From Chrysomallon squamiferum (Eukaryota > Animalia > Mollusca), in contig CM022674.1 of the NCBI GenBank assembly GCA_012295275.1, positions 7,316,001 to 7,380,000 of the forward strand: DNA of 64,000 nt, written 5' to 3'. Every line of letters starts with the position of its first letter. Position 1 is the stretch's first letter. Below the pieces are notes generated by a model. The model saw only the letters and a program-made list of their open reading frames with translations, did not search any database and was not told the DNA's origin. The position numbers and the translations under genes were made by a program. Of the stretch, positions 22,564 through 36,947 are shown one piece after another.

Positions 22564-23681
22564 TTGTAATATTCTATTTTATCTTGTAACTAACAACAAG
22601 CTAGTGAAAATGCTATAAAATATTTGGAGGACTAAAAATTGATTTCACATATAATAACAAGAAAACAAACAAGAACAAAAAATTAATTTTTAATGACATC
22701 ATTCATTACGTATAATTATATTTCTTTTTCTCCTTCGCCGTCTTCAGTATCTTTTTTTCCTCGCATTACTAAAGAGTTCCAGAAACGTGTTGTGAGGCTG
22801 AGTGTTATTTGTTTATGACGTCACTTCCAGATAACGTATCATGATGGTTGAAAATATGTTCACTTTGATATTTCAGATAATTTGTGATGTCATGATTGTA
22901 ACTCCAGTTATGATTAAATAGCACATAATTTCATTAAAATTTCGGATTTCTGAAAGCGAAATCATGTATGAGTTCTGTTCTCTTCGATTCAAAAACTCGG
23001 TTTGTGTTAAAAGGTTGTTTTTTTAATCTACGATTCGTAAGGAAATTGTCAAAATACATTTACGTTCTTCTAAATTATTGTTTTGATTTATTTGTGATGT
23101 TTTTTTCTCCCTTTAGCTAACTATCACTATAGCATAATATTTTTATTAAAGCATAATATTTATTATTAACATCACCAGACTGGCTTTTCTCACTTCTATT
23201 ATTTTTATTTTTTATTTTTTACGTTTTATTTTTTTTTTTTTTTTTTTTATCTAACGTCATTTCGTAAATAGTAATATGAAAAAACCCGGACAGACTGAGT
23301 ACATAAACCGAAAGGTATTCTGAGTTTATGAATATAAAATTATTTGAGATGTTTCACCTAACGCCAAGTTAGAATTTGTTTTTAATGTAAAAAAAGAACA
23401 ACAAAATAAGCTCTGATGACGTAATTTGCTGACTGCAGCGGAATGTATAGCATAACCTGCAAATAAATAAATAAATAAATAATAAGAAGAAGAAAAAGAC
23501 CACCACCAACAACAATAGCAACAACAACATTAATATAAGAAAAAGGAAGAGTGATAACAATAACACTAACAAAAATATTAAAATAGAAAAAAGAAAAATA
23601 ATAAAGACAACAGTAACAAAAATAACATATGAACTACAACAAGAACAATAATACTAACAAAATGAATATGAAAATAACGAC

Positions 23682-23784
<103 letters not shown>

Positions 23785-23816
23785 AACATACCTTATATAT
23801 TATCCTCTATTAAATT

Positions 23817-24189
23817 TTACAGTGTTTCGCAGTCGAAGGTACCTTCATTGCATTTGCTGAAAAAATATAAATAAAATGAAAGATTAAAATATTTACCAAA
23901 TTTACAAAGCCATAATCCACAAACGATTATCACTAAAATCACTAACCATTGTAAACACATCATTATCGTCATTATCATTCTTATCATTGTTATCATCATT
24001 TTCTTAAATGTCACCATCATCACAATTATCATCTTTTACCATAGTTTCCCGTCCAAGGTGATAGTTCCCGTATTGAGAACGATGAGATCCGAGTCTTTTA
24101 CCGGACAATGGCGAGAGTGTTCTGTCCTTTCGTCTTCTTCAGTCGCCTGTATGTCTTCTTCAAACTCTGTAAGAATAATAATAATGATG

Positions 24190-24261
<72 letters not shown>

Positions 24262-25181
24262 CTATTCTCTGACAAAATTATTAGGCTGGAACTAGATTTC
24301 ATGTTATTAAACATTATACATTCAATAATTAAAGAAGAAAAAATATTCTACTTTTTTTTCTCATAAATATCGAAATATTAATAATAATCGACATTTGCGC
24401 ATTCAGTTGCTGTAGCTAAGCAACAACACAGCTCATAATTATGATTTTACTACAAGGACTGTCAAAATATTTCCACTTGTTACGTAAACATAAGTAAATA
24501 AGTTGATATTGGCTGCTGTTAACATAGCTATCGTCTTCTATTGTTTTCTGACGTAATAATAGCTTACCAATTTGTGGTATGACGTCATCAACTTCTTTGA
24601 CGCAGTATCCTCTGTTAGGAATTCCTTTCTTTGGATCGCCGTGGTCTTCAATGTTACAGACGTACCCCGTGGGGCACAGGAGGGGGTCTTCGTCGTCGCT
24701 GACAGGGGACGTGCTGCAGGGGTTCACTGTAAATGGGGGGAGGGGGAATAATAACTAAACATCATGATAAAATGTAAACATTACGACACTTGCGTTGTCA
24801 TGGTTAATGATAGCGAACAGTACGTATACTACAATGAATGGCAATGTATATGTGTGTGGGTGCGTGCTTGTTCGCTTGTAGGTAAAAATAAAAAAATAAA
24901 AAAAAATAAAAAATAAAAAATAATAATAAAAATTCAGTTAATTTGAAACAATTTCTGGAGAATTTGAAACAATTTCTGGAGAATTTGAACAAAAATATGA
25001 CATTTAACAGCAATTCAGGAACAGCGATGTACGAAAGAGGACTCCATTAATGACGTCATGAGATTGTGTGAAAGACATAAGTATAAAATGAATGCAGTTA
25101 GTTATATAATTTTTTTTTTTTTTTTTTTATTTACTTACTTTCGTTAACATTATTCGGTCCGTTCACCAGCCAGGATCTACC

Positions 25182-25220
<39 letters not shown>

Positions 25221-25430
25221 TCTTAAAAAGATTCCTATTTTTTTGTGTAATATTTCTTAATATTTCTTTATTTAAATATTCAAAGAAAATAAGAATGAGG
25301 GACAGATAAACAAACAAATATAGTGGAGATGAAATATAAATTTCACTGAATTAGTTGACAATTAAGGGAATTACTCTAGTTCCAGTTTTTACCCATGTCC
25401 GATTTATAAAATTAGCCATTCGTTATTAAA

Positions 25431-25487
<57 letters not shown>

Positions 25488-26390
25488 AATAAAAATAAAT
25501 AAATAAATAAATAAATAAAATAAAATAAAATAAAATAAAATAAAATAAAATAAAATAAAATGAAGAACAAAATTTATAAAAAAGAAAATATTTCTGACTA
25601 TAGAATACAGTTTATAATTTACGATAATTTAAAACAGAGTAGAAAAACGTAACTACCTGATATGAAGAGACTTTTGGGCTCTTTCACCCAGTCATAATCT
25701 ACAAAACAATAAATAATTTTAACAGTAACAAATATATTAAAATGCATTTGCACGATTTTTTTAAATCTCTACGTCATCATAATCGATATTATCTTCACCG
25801 ACCAGATCATTTGCTTTTATCTTTACCATGGTGAATAAAAACAACAAAAACAACAATAATAATAACACCAGTATCAATAACAACAGCAGCAGCAGCAACA
25901 ACAGAAATAACAATAATAACATAAAAAACAAAAACAATAGTACTAAAATAACAAAAATATAAAGCTAGAGAGATTAGGATTCATTTTAAAAGAAAATGAA
26001 CAAAACAAACAACAATCGTAGTAATAATAGTAGTAGTAGTAATGATATTTTTACTTCTATTCCTGCTCCTGTTCCTCCTACAACTCCTTCTCTCCGCCTC
26101 CTACTACTGCTACTAGCATCACCAACATCAAAACTTTTATTATTATTATTACAAACATACTCACGTGGAGCGGGTCGTACGCTGAACAAACACGTGTAAG
26201 TACATCCGTTGTAACAACATTTGTTTGACTGGTGGTGACACTCCCGGTCAGAGTAACACACCTTTACGTCACAGCTACCAGGGGGCAGCACTTTGGGCAC
26301 GGGCGGGCACAGCTCGGTGCTACCGCTTGGACCGGAAGGGCTGTCACTCATATAGTCGTAGTCAATCTGTGGTAAACATAGAGTTTGATA

Positions 26391-26426
<36 letters not shown>

Positions 26427-26464
26427 AATTTGACAAATAAAGTAGTTATTGATTAGAAGCCCTG

Positions 26465-26517
<53 letters not shown>

Positions 26518-27798
26518 TCGTTGGTTATATTTTCTGTCGTTTCTATCATAATTATCGTCGTGTAGAAAATATTACGTCTGCTTGCACGTGTAGACAGTTC
26601 TTCAGCAAATGTCAGTTTAATAATATTTTCCAATAAACTATTCCGAATCTGTTTTCTCAGTTACTTGTAATTAAATGACGTCGCTAAATTTAGATTTAGA
26701 AAAATGTAAATACAAATTTATTTATCTATTTACTTATTTATTTTAATATAGATTTTTTTTTTTTTTTTTTTTTTTTTCTTTCTGTAATAAATATGTTTAA
26801 AACCAAGGAAGACAAATGGGAATTTTAGACATTATTTTATTATTATTTCTTTTTCTTGGCACGTACAGGACTCAGTTCAATTTCGACTGAGCTTAGAATT
26901 AGTTTTCTTTCTTCTTTTTCCATCAATTTTCTTTCCACAGACATTGTGTGACTATAAAAAAATATTTTTTATGTGCCAAACCAGGTTCAATCACGTGCTA
27001 TAAAAACATTAAAGTTCTCTAGAGATTTTTGCTGAAACTTCATTTTCTTTTGGCAAATAATTGTAAAAGGGGAAAAAATAAAAAAATAAAAAGACAGTAA
27101 AGGAAAAGAGAAGAAAAATAAATAAAAATACAATGAGAATTGTTACTATATATCACGTCTATAATTCATTATCTTCACTAGTAGCATCAACATTACATCA
27201 ATAAATAAAATTTCCTAATTAGTTTTATTGTTATTTTTCTTTATCTTTTTCAACACTTAATTCCTCTATTCCGTTGCTATAACAACACAAACAGATACAG
27301 AAGTAGATGTTCATCATTCTCAAACTGAACAAAGCAGAGTGTCAGTTATCTTTAATGACAAATCTCATCCTTTCAAATGACTGATGAGCTAATTACTAAC
27401 GGACATGCGCAGACGTATCCTGACAGTTCTTCCATGACACCTCTTCCGTCAACAGGTAATCATGGCTGGTCTAAATAGCCCCAGAATCCTCTGGAACGGG
27501 GGTGGGGGGAGAACAGCTCAGACGGACATTTGGATGGATTTCGCTGGTTCACCGCCAGAGACAGATTTATTTCGTCTTCTGACTAATCTTTGCCAACCGT
27601 ATGTTCTAAACTACTTGGCAGAGACGAGGAAGGAAGGGAAGTACTGGGTGGGTACAAGAGGTTAAAACGGGGGAATATGGGTACGCGTTGAAATTATATA
27701 CAGAACTGTATAATCCTAGAAAATACGATTTTTGCATTAGATCGATCTCTCGGTGTCTGTTTTTAATATTTGTTTTATGTAAGCAAAACAACGTTCGA

Positions 27799-27832
<34 letters not shown>

Positions 27833-27982
27833 TAAATAAATAAATAAATAAAGAATGAACTTAAAGAAAACGAGAAAAACAAAATAAATAATCTATATCT
27901 TCATTCTCTTTCTATTTTTCCCCCAGGTTTTTTTTTTTGTTTGTTTTGTTTTTCTTAACTTTCTTTACTTTTTCTTTCTTTC

Positions 27983-28047
<65 letters not shown>

Positions 28048-29470
28048 GCATACTCTGTATTTCAAATAAACTGAGCTCGTTTATTGTTGCAGTCGGGGGC
28101 AGCTGCACTATAAAAGACAGCGGAACACGTGAAACCAATTCCGTTATCTGTCTGAGAAAATAAATAAACATGGCGACAAACCGTAATTCTCGCATGATAG
28201 CAGAAACAAGCGCTACCACAACGACTGGAAATGTGGATGTCTATTACTGATGATCGCCTGGTGCGGAAGAATTTCAAAGACGTCGTTATCAACACTTTAT
28301 CGTTATGAGGTCAAAGAAAATAGTGCCTAAGGTCGAGCAGACGGCGAAGCTTTGCGATCCTATGAAAGCGTTTTTAGATAAAACTTAGTGAACAGATAAA
28401 CTTGGAATTCTGTAAGATTTGTGAATATATATCACTCGCCAGAACGCTTGTTATTAAGAGGTAGAGAACAATAAAAAAGAGGTGATGATAGCAGAGCAGC
28501 AGCAGAAAAAAAAAATAATAATAAAAAAAAAAATAAAAAAAATAAATAAATAAATAAATAAATAAAAATAAAAATAATAATAATAATAAAAAATAAATAA
28601 ATAAATAATAAAAATAAATAAATAAAAAATTAAAAAAAAATTTTAATAAAAATTTTAATAAAATTTTAAAATAAAATAAAATAAAATAAATAAATAAATA
28701 AATAATGATGTTTATCGTCATGATAATGATAACTGTGATTACAAGAGAAGTGGATAGCCATAAGTAGTAACAGTAACAAGAACTAATAATAACATTAGAA
28801 GTGTTAATAATAAGCAGTTGTAGTAGTAATATTAGTAGGAGTAGTGGTGATACGCAACTGCAGCAGTAGTAACAACAGTCATTCAGCAACTAATCGGAAA
28901 TTATCGATATATTATTGGCGATATTAGAAAACACCCAAGAAATTAGATTTTCCAGATTAAAGAAAACTAACTGAATAACCAGGTGAAATGACGTAACGAA
29001 AACAATTATAAAAATTACTTTACCCCAACAAGGACGAGATAAAACCCACTTATCTTGCACTCTACTCTATCTAATCTTCAACCCAGCCCCCACCTTAACC
29101 TGTATCAACCCCCACGTAACCTTGTTACCAATATTTTTATTAAAATTTTCGACAGACATGGAAAAAAAAAATAATAATAAATCTAATCAAAAGATTATTA
29201 AAGTGGTGTGTATGCAGTGAGTTGTGCCAGAACTATCTACGCGGATATTTTGACTAATCAGCAAGAGCTGCAGCGTTCTCACCTGTTGTGACGCGTAATA
29301 ATACATCAGCCGCATTTGACAGGTAATAAAATGGAAAAATCCGTGAGACCAAATTTTACGAAATCCGAGGCTGCATTAGTATTCATACTGAGCGTAGCTA
29401 ATGATCGTCAGCTGTGATTTGTATTATAAATAATTTTAATACGATTGTTGTAGATATTTACCCTAATCAA

Positions 29471-29553
<83 letters not shown>

Positions 29554-30188
29554 GTATATGTCTGGTATGTGTGCAAGAAAGAAAAAAGAACGAAAGAAAG
29601 AAATGTCTAGAAAGAAAATGAAAGTGAGAGATAGAGAGAGACGACGAAGAAGAAAGAAAGAAACTCAACAAACAAAGATGGAAGCTATGTAAATAAAAAC
29701 AGTTTGTTGTGCGGACGTATCATTTACTGGAGGTTGTCTGAAGTAATCTTCCACAATGTCCGGTCTGGCACGTGCGTCTGTCTAATCCGGGAACCTGATC
29801 CATTCCACGCTGGAGTCTATTCACTATAGATACCAGTGAGTGATGACTGATGTTAACAACGTTATTTATTTCGAAAACTTTAAAGTGGTTGGATTGGGAA
29901 AAATCTATACTAACTTTTGTTAAGCGCATATATTTAGATACGTCATTCATGTTAGCAGATTATTATTATTATTATTATTATTACTACTACTGCTACTAAT
30001 ACGATTATTATTATTATTATTGTTTTTATTACTACTACTACTATTATTATTATTATTATTATTATTATTACTACTACTGCTACTGACACGATTATTATTA
30101 TTATTATTATTATTATTTCTTTTCTGTTATTTCTTTATTATTATTATTACTACTACTACTACTACTACTACTATTATTATTATTATTA

Positions 30189-30239
<51 letters not shown>

Positions 30240-30401
30240 ATAGTAGTAGTATTTAGAATACTCTAATTTTGTTCTGGTACAGTTTTGTTCTGTTACTGAT
30301 ATCTGTGTCTATGACAACATAAGCAGATTAACATACAGTGTAAATATGTTTTGTGTATTTCCCATTAACCGCTTCATTTGTCAAATGAACGTTTTAAATA
30401 A

Positions 30402-30458
<57 letters not shown>

Positions 30459-30511
30459 GAAGAAGAAGAATATTTAGTGAGTTCAGTAGCCAAACAGATA
30501 TCTGAAAACGT

Positions 30512-30546
<35 letters not shown>

Positions 30547-31664
30547 AATAAATAATAATAATAATAATAAAAAAAATAACAATTAAAAGGAGCAATGAAA
30601 CAAATGAAAAACAAATAACAACAATAACAACAACAACTATAATAATAATAATAATAATAAATTAAAATATAAAATACAATAAAATAAAATAAATAAATAA
30701 ATAAATAAATAAATGCAAACTAATAATTTTTTATTTTACTCAATAAAGCTGTAATTTAAATCTCATTTGTTTTATTTCTTTAAGTATTTTTTTTAACGGA
30801 CATGCATTTCTTTTTTTTCCCTTCCATAATTTAAAAGAAAAAAAAAAAAAAAATCTAATTTCTATTTTTAATTTTTTTTCTTTCTGTTTTTATATATTTT
30901 TTTATCTTAATGACTTTTCTTTAATTTGTTTGTTTTTTAATCTCTTGTCGCTCAAACGAAACTTAATGAAACGTTTAAAAGTACTTAATTACTTGATAAC
31001 TGATTAAAGAAGCGCTCTCTATGTTGGCGCCAAATGTATGACGTCACAAGTAAAGTTGTCTGACGACTAAGTTTCGTATCTGATGTTACCTAACAGTTTT
31101 TATAAATATCTAAATATGCCAGGAAAGAAAGGATAATGAAAAGTAATGTATATTTTATTGCTTATTCCGATAATGATTATTGTTATGGTTATTGCTGTCA
31201 TTATTGTTTTGGTTAATCGTGGTGTTACTGCCATAATTGCTGTTGATTTTGTCATTGTTGTTATTGTTATAGGTATTGTTTTCTTTTTATTATTATTGTT
31301 GTTGTTGTTGTTTTTTTTTCTGTTTTTTTTTTTTTTTTTTGTTTGTTTTACTGTAGTTGCTATTATTATTAATAATTTTACATTTGATGATGTTTAACTT
31401 TTTAGCTCCGAACGAGTGACTTTAAGAGAAGTTAAGATCAAAATAAATTTAAATAAAATAACAGACAGAAATACTTTATATGTAGCTTATACTGCCAGGA
31501 AAGAACAATAAAAAAAAAAAAAAAAAAAATCTTACCTTATCCACCAACCATTCTTCTTTCTTATTTGCATTCTTTTGTACATTCCTAGCCTTAGTCCATG
31601 GCACCACACTCAAACTAAACATACACAGGAAAATAAGTAATGTATCTATAGCAGCAGACTTCAT
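23817..31664 (-). CDS. WFDC1: WAP four-disulfide core domain protein 1 (ps20)-like secreted protein, 246 aa
   Basis: Exons 31664-31536 (signal peptide), 26366-26165 (WAP: CPPVPKVLPPGSCDVKVCYSDRECHHQSNKCCYNGCTYTC), 25698-25657, 25180-25139, 24726-24568 (PLLCPTGYVCNIEDHGDPKKGIPNRGYCVK), 24166-24040, 23856-23817; all GT-AG and phase-consistent. CCYNGC, DW, PLLCP.GY.C and GIPNRG.CVK match vertebrate WFDC1 as I recall it. Confidence 0.9.
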
Positions 31665-32108
31665 TATAAAAAATAAATAAATAATTAAGTAAATGAATCT
31701 AGTCTTTCTTTATAATTTTTCTTTCTTCTTCTTCTTATTATTCCTGCCAAAATTAATTTTTCTTCTAAACGCTGAAGATGAAATCGTCTTTCCTTCTTGC
31801 CTCAAACTAAACTTTCATCTGTTTTACTCTTCTTCTTTTTTTTATATTTATTTTATCCGTCAACCTTCTTTCTGGACGAAAGTGTTTGAAGATATCTCGG
31901 TGTACTTTGCTTGATTGAAAATCCTCATTTATATTTACCCAAGCACAGAACTGTTGGAAAGAAAGCCGCCCACTAGAAGCGGGTATTAATGAAGTGGGCG
32001 GAGTTAAGCAAGTCGTCCAATCAAAACGATCGGCTGGATATGACTTTTTTGGCACGCCGGCAACGAAATTTAGAGGAAAAAAATTAACAAACTAATGAAA
32101 AGAAAAAA

Positions 32109-32141
<33 letters not shown>

Positions 32142-32929
32142 TGGGGAAAAAAAGAGAGAGACCATAAGAGAGAGAAAGAAAGAAAGAAAAAAACCCACAG
32201 TGTCTTAAAATATCATGGAAAGTTTCAAATATAGATTCGATTTGAGTAAGAATAGTTGTAAGAATTATTAGTACCGCAGAGCCTTCAGAAATATCGTCTG
32301 TCGACGGCGCGCGCTCTTAGCAGACGATAAGCAGCCAGTATTCGTTCTTGTCTCGCGCGGAGCACGCTCGTAACAATGGTAGCCGCCGCAGTCGTTGGTT
32401 TCAGTTTATTAACATGTGTCCTCCAGCAACTTTAACACCGTGACCCACGTCTGTTTGACCTCCGTGTGTTTACGTCTGCCGCCCTTCGTTTCATTTGATT
32501 TCTTTCGAGTAATAATTGTTTCAGGCCATTTGGTAATAATTCCATTGCACATTGTCTTGTAACATTTGGTAACAGTATGTCGCGGACGTTAGGCGTGTTG
32601 TGAATAGTCAGAACTGATGGAATTGAGGGCTGTTGTGAGTTTTGTTCCATTACTGGAGGCTTTGAATCTGTTTATAAACTTTAAAATTTTATATTTACAT
32701 ATATATATATATATATATATACATACACACACACACACACACAAACTCATACATACATACATATACAGACGTACATGCGTACATATATTCACACATACTA
32801 CTTATACACAGACATAGATACAAATACATACATACACATTAACAAATCCGCATAATTAGTGAATGTTTAATTTTACTGTGTACAGATTCATTCATGAATG
32901 TTTACAGTTCTTTACTGTCTCTCTCTCTC

Positions 32930-32976
<47 letters not shown>

Positions 32977-33188
32977 TCACTGAACATGCGTATACATATG
33001 TATTATTTATTTTATGACTGCTGCGACTGTGTGTTAAAAATGTGTATTTATATATGTGTCTATATCCGTATATATGATTGTATATGTGTGTGTGTGTGTG
33101 TTTTTGTGTATGTATGTGTATGTGTGTACATACATACGAATGAATGTGTAACGATATCCCAGCACAAAAATATATCGGCTCTTGGGTG

Positions 33189-33233
<45 letters not shown>

Positions 33234-34159
33234 CATACATACCTATCTACATACATACATACATACATACCTACCTACATACCTACCTACATACCTACAT
33301 ACATATATATATATTAGTAGGTGAGTTTATATGTATATAAGTTCAGATCATTGTAGGTAAAAAATTTAGCATATGTTGGTGTGGATGTCTGTGTATATGC
33401 ATATATGTATGTTTTTATGTAAGTATGTGTGTATGTGTTTGCGTGTCAGTGTTAACTTGCATTTAAAAATAGAGTTTCTTCCTTAACACAAATTAATGAT
33501 GGTGAAATTAGTTCGCTGTAAAAATAATTTCAGACTCTTTGAACCTATTCGAATATCTTGACTGCAGCAGACCACTGTTGTAATAAATATAGCAGTATGT
33601 TGTTATCGAAACTATAGTATTTCAGTCTGATGTTAGCTGTGAGAGCTAAAGGTACGTACACAGAAAGCGATTTGCAGTAACAGTTTGTACCATAAAGCTG
33701 TCTTGTTACATCATACAATAGTTAGTAGCAATTTGTAAAATAAAGCGTCGTTCATGCCATATCCATTTGCTTGAACAATTTCTTGTTACGATGTGTAAAG
33801 TAAAGCGGTGTTAACACTACGCGATTCTTGGTAGCATCTTGTTTGTGTTATTTCTTGAAATAAGTAACAGTGTTAAATTAGATCATCATTTCTTGATTAT
33901 GATTATGAACGTCTTTACAGAAATCAGAATAATTTGAATATTTAAATAATAATGATATTTGAAAAATGATTTATTATCATATAAATAAAATTAAACTTTT
34001 GTACGAATTGGTGGAGTGAAATTCTTGAATTAACAATAACATGGATAAAAGATTGTGTTAAGATGAAAAATAAGAAGTAAAAATATAACACCACTTCTGC
34101 TGCTACTACTACTACTACTACTACTAACAGTAACAACAAGATTGATAAAATAAATAAAC

Positions 34160-34500
34160 TGATAAATGGAAATTACAGAAAGAACGTAGTTTTAGTTGTA
34201 CTCTAAATGTTGTTGATGCATACTGAATAGTCAGAATGCAGCTTTAGTAGTACATTAAAATGTGTTAGTAGTTAGAACATAGCAATAGTTGTACATTTAA
34301 TGATTTCAAATCGATTTGTATTAACACAACTTTAGCTGTAAAGTTTGTTAGTACAAACTGAATAGTGAGATTGCAGCTTTACTCGTACTAGTAATAGCAA
34401 GAATAGTGTGAACGCATAATTAGTCAAACACTAACTGTTAATAAAATCGATTAGTATTAACGCAGCTTTAGTCGTTCGCTGTGTTGTTGGTACAGACTGT
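34160..34500. repeat. Degenerate local repeat
   Basis: ctgaatagt(c/g)aga(a/t)tgcagcttta.t.gtac occurs twice about 135 bp apart, and cgatt(t/a)gtattaac.ca.ctttag also occurs twice. Confidence 0.5.
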
Positions 34501-34714
34501 TTCTCGTGAAAACGTTGCTAAATTGATTGAGTTTTTCGTCTGTTAAACAAGGGTAATGGAGGGAGCTACGCCGTACACAGGTTTTATTTACTTCAACAAG
34601 CTAGGCGTGAGATATCTGTTTTTAAACTTACCGAGTAAATAACAGGCATATGATACATCAATCACATATTTGATCACTTTCGCTCAAACCATCAAAGTGT
34701 AGGTAGATGAAAAA

Positions 34715-34746
<32 letters not shown>

Positions 34747-35790
34747 TAGTAGTTTAAAAAAAAAAAAAAATCTGAAAAAAAAAGAAGTACATAACAAGGG
34801 AATAAAAACGGGAATGAAAAACAAATACCGTCAGAATAGAGAGTTGTATCACAGTCGAATTTATAACAAAAAAATAAATTAATAAATAACATAAATAAAT
34901 AAAATAAAAATCAAGAAAGTACCTGTGTAAACGTACATTAACATATGCTTCATTCATCCATCCATCCATCCATCCATCCACATAATCATGAATACATGAA
35001 TGTGTGTGTGTTTGAATATATATACATACATACATGCATGCATGCATACATACATACATACATATAAACACGTCCATATACATTAAACGTTATGCATATA
35101 TATAATAACAATAAATAACTGAAAAAATAAATTCTTTACCGTCTTCCATTTAAAGCTTGCTGAAAATGTCAATGATTTTATTTTGATAAAGTACTTGCTT
35201 ACAAACTAAACTACAGTAATAAAATATACAAACAAGTATATATGATATGCTTCTGAAATTCTTCTGTTAGGTAAGTTTTATTTTACAAACAAAATGACGA
35301 GGTCAGGGGAGAATATAGTTTCTTTTTTTCCACTGTACCGATCACTAGTAAATTACTCTGATAGGCTGGATAGAATTACGTCCCTTGTCTATTAGAATAT
35401 AACGTTGTAGGTGAAGTAACGGTAATCGTATCCATGTTGGTAGATATATGTAAATTCAAAGAAAAAAACTCAAATTCTGTAATCTGAAATAGTAGCTTGC
35501 TGTATAATAGCTCCTAGTATATTTTCAGTTTTATTTTAAAATAAACTGTAGTAAGATGAAAAGACTTCTATTTTTGCGTTCAAAAAAACAAACAAAAAAC
35601 AAAACAAAACAAAAAAACACTTGTCAGTGGCATGGACCAGTAATTTTTTTAAAATACAATTAGGAAACTCATTGTTTGCATACATAATAGTATAGGTTTT
35701 AGAAGATGAATGCTTTCTGTTTAACGAAAAAGAGTTAACAATTCATTTTTAACTAATATTTTTTGTTTATACGGCCGGTTGACAAACCTT

Positions 35791-35834
<44 letters not shown>

Positions 35835-36916
35835 AAACAGGTTCCGTCCAAACAAAAAAAAAAAAAAAAAAAAAAAAATGGTATGATGCACTATAATGAA
35901 TGTATCAGGGCAATCATCCAAATAACACGTGATTAATTATCTTTTTATATGTAAATATGATCTCTAATGCATTGAAAATGGAAATAAATAATAACAAAAA
36001 ATTATTATAATAGTTTCAAGTATAATTTCCGTGTACGCTCGGTAAGCGTCACATCGCGGTTTAAACTTCCAAAAACAGTTTTACGTATTTTCTCACAATT
36101 TCACTAATAAAGATATAGGTTGTTCATATTACAAAACCATGATGTAGAAACCATGATGTAGAACATCTCTCCTACCTTTACCACATTTTTCAAACTGGAT
36201 TATTTTTGTGCACATGCGTGCTCAATAAACTGAAATTAGCAGATTAATATATTAACGTTTCTAGCTAATTATGTTCCCCGTGTCAGAACCCATCAGAAAA
36301 GAACATTCAGGCGTTGTACCCATTAAACTGGTGAAATCTGGAGCCATTTTTTGAGCAGACGACATTTGCGCCGTTACGAGTTATCGTTCCTGCTGGTACA
36401 TGCTACTGTCAAGATTTCAACTGATAAAATGAAGGTATTTATTGTTCGTCTCATTGTGTGTGCAATACTTACAGAATGTGAATGAATAAGACATAATGTT
36501 TAGCATTCAGAAGAAAAGGTTAAAGACCATTTTGAGATTTAACTATGCTATTTATTTTTATCATACAAACACATGTACAATAACATTTCATTTATTCAGC
36601 CAATATAATCTTTCAATATACAATTATTACATATGTGCACACACACACACACATTTATATATATATATTGATTTTTAAATGAAAAATAGTCTCATAAAAA
36701 GCACTTAATACAATTCAAAGAAATGAGTAAAGATTAAATATCACTGAATGCCTTCTGTTCTGAATTCTATATAATGATGATGATGATGATAATGGTGATA
36801 CTAACAATATTATTAACAATAATATCAATATCAGTGACATAATGATGATGATGATGATGATGATGATGGTAATATCAATATAATAACTATTAATGATAAT
36901 AACAATGATGACAATG

Positions 36917-36947
<31 letters not shown>

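Noticed and set aside
23369-23456. Alternative last exon for WFDC1 (gcag|GTTATGC...)
   Set aside because: The acceptor is plausible but the product is featureless; exon 23856-23817 completes the Cys module better.
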